Below, piece by piece: positions 63,381 to 64,000 of a stretch of 64,000 nt of DNA. The notes under the pieces were generated by a model. The model was not told the origin of the DNA, searched no databases, and was given only the letters and a program-made list of their open reading frames with translations. Origin of the DNA: Chrysomallon squamiferum (taxonomy: Eukaryota; Animalia; Mollusca); assembly GCA_012295275.1 (NCBI GenBank), contig CM022666.1:12152001-12216000 (forward strand). The letters are read 5' to 3'. The position numbers and the translations under genes are program-made. How positions within the stretch are numbered: position 1 is the stretch's first letter; the number at the start of each line of letters is the position of its first letter.

Positions 63381-64000
63381 GGGTTAGGGTTAGGGTTAGG
63401 GTTAACTTAAGTATTAGTGTTATTTAAATTTTATTAAGAGTGTTATTATAATGTCGAATTTATATTTCATGGTAACGACTGGAAGTACCTTTAGCCTAAG
63501 AATTAATATTTAGTATTTGCTTAGGTTTATGTTTAGGATTATGGCTAGGGTTAGGTCAGGGTTAGCCTTAGAGCTAGGGTTATTTAAATTTTATTAAGAG
63601 TGTTATGATAATGTCCAAAATTATTTGAGGGTCACGATTTCAAATCCCGTTAGGGTCAGAATTAATTTTGTGTATCTGCGTTTTGGGTTTAGATTGAGTT
63701 TAGACCTTGAGTTACCGTTAGCTTTAGTGTTAGGGTTAGTGTTAGCTTAATTGTTAGGGTTATTAAAATTTTATTAACAGTGTTATTATAATGTCCAAGA
63801 TAATTTGAGGGCCACGACTGGATGGAAGTTTAGCGTAATAATTAATATTTTGAATTTGCCTAGGTTTAAGTTTAGAAGTTGAGTTAGGGTTAGCTTAAGA
63901 GTTAGGGTTATTTAAATTTCATTAACAGTTTTATGATAATGTCCAAAATAATCTAAGTGTCAACACTGGAAGTAGCGTTCAGATAAGAGTGAAGGTTGGG
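63381..64000 (+). repeat. Telomere-repeat-containing satellite, block 2 (runs off the end of the window)
   Basis: Same monomer family as 56790-59822, with anchors near 63418, 63577, 63756 and 63905. Confidence 0.9.

Overview
AT-rich, microsatellite-rich animal genomic DNA. It is probably from an invertebrate with TTAGGG telomeres; a lophotrochozoan or mollusc is an inference only. From left to right the window holds six things. (1) The first two coding exons of a divergently transcribed signal-peptide gene on the - strand (ATG at 3905), which is the likely collagen IV alpha2 partner. (2) A 40-exon type IV collagen alpha1-like gene on + (5087-28196, about 1775 aa), with one apparent +1 frameshift in exon 6. 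(3) A convergent P4-ATPase flippase of the ATP11 subfamily on - (51412-31960), with two GC-AG introns and two candidate alternative C-terminal exons. (4) Several Tigger/pogo-type non-autonomous DNA transposons. (5) A decayed secreted EGF + 2x ShKT gene (about 53185-55515). (6) From about 56790 to the end, a subtelomere-like TTAGGG-containing satellite with about 170-bp monomers, interrupted by a hierarchical tandem array with units of about 608 bp. Exon models were spliced by hand, and family assignments rest on motifs recalled from memory, not on database searches. Most entries in the ORF track are microsatellite or repeat artefacts, or off-frame readings of real exons.
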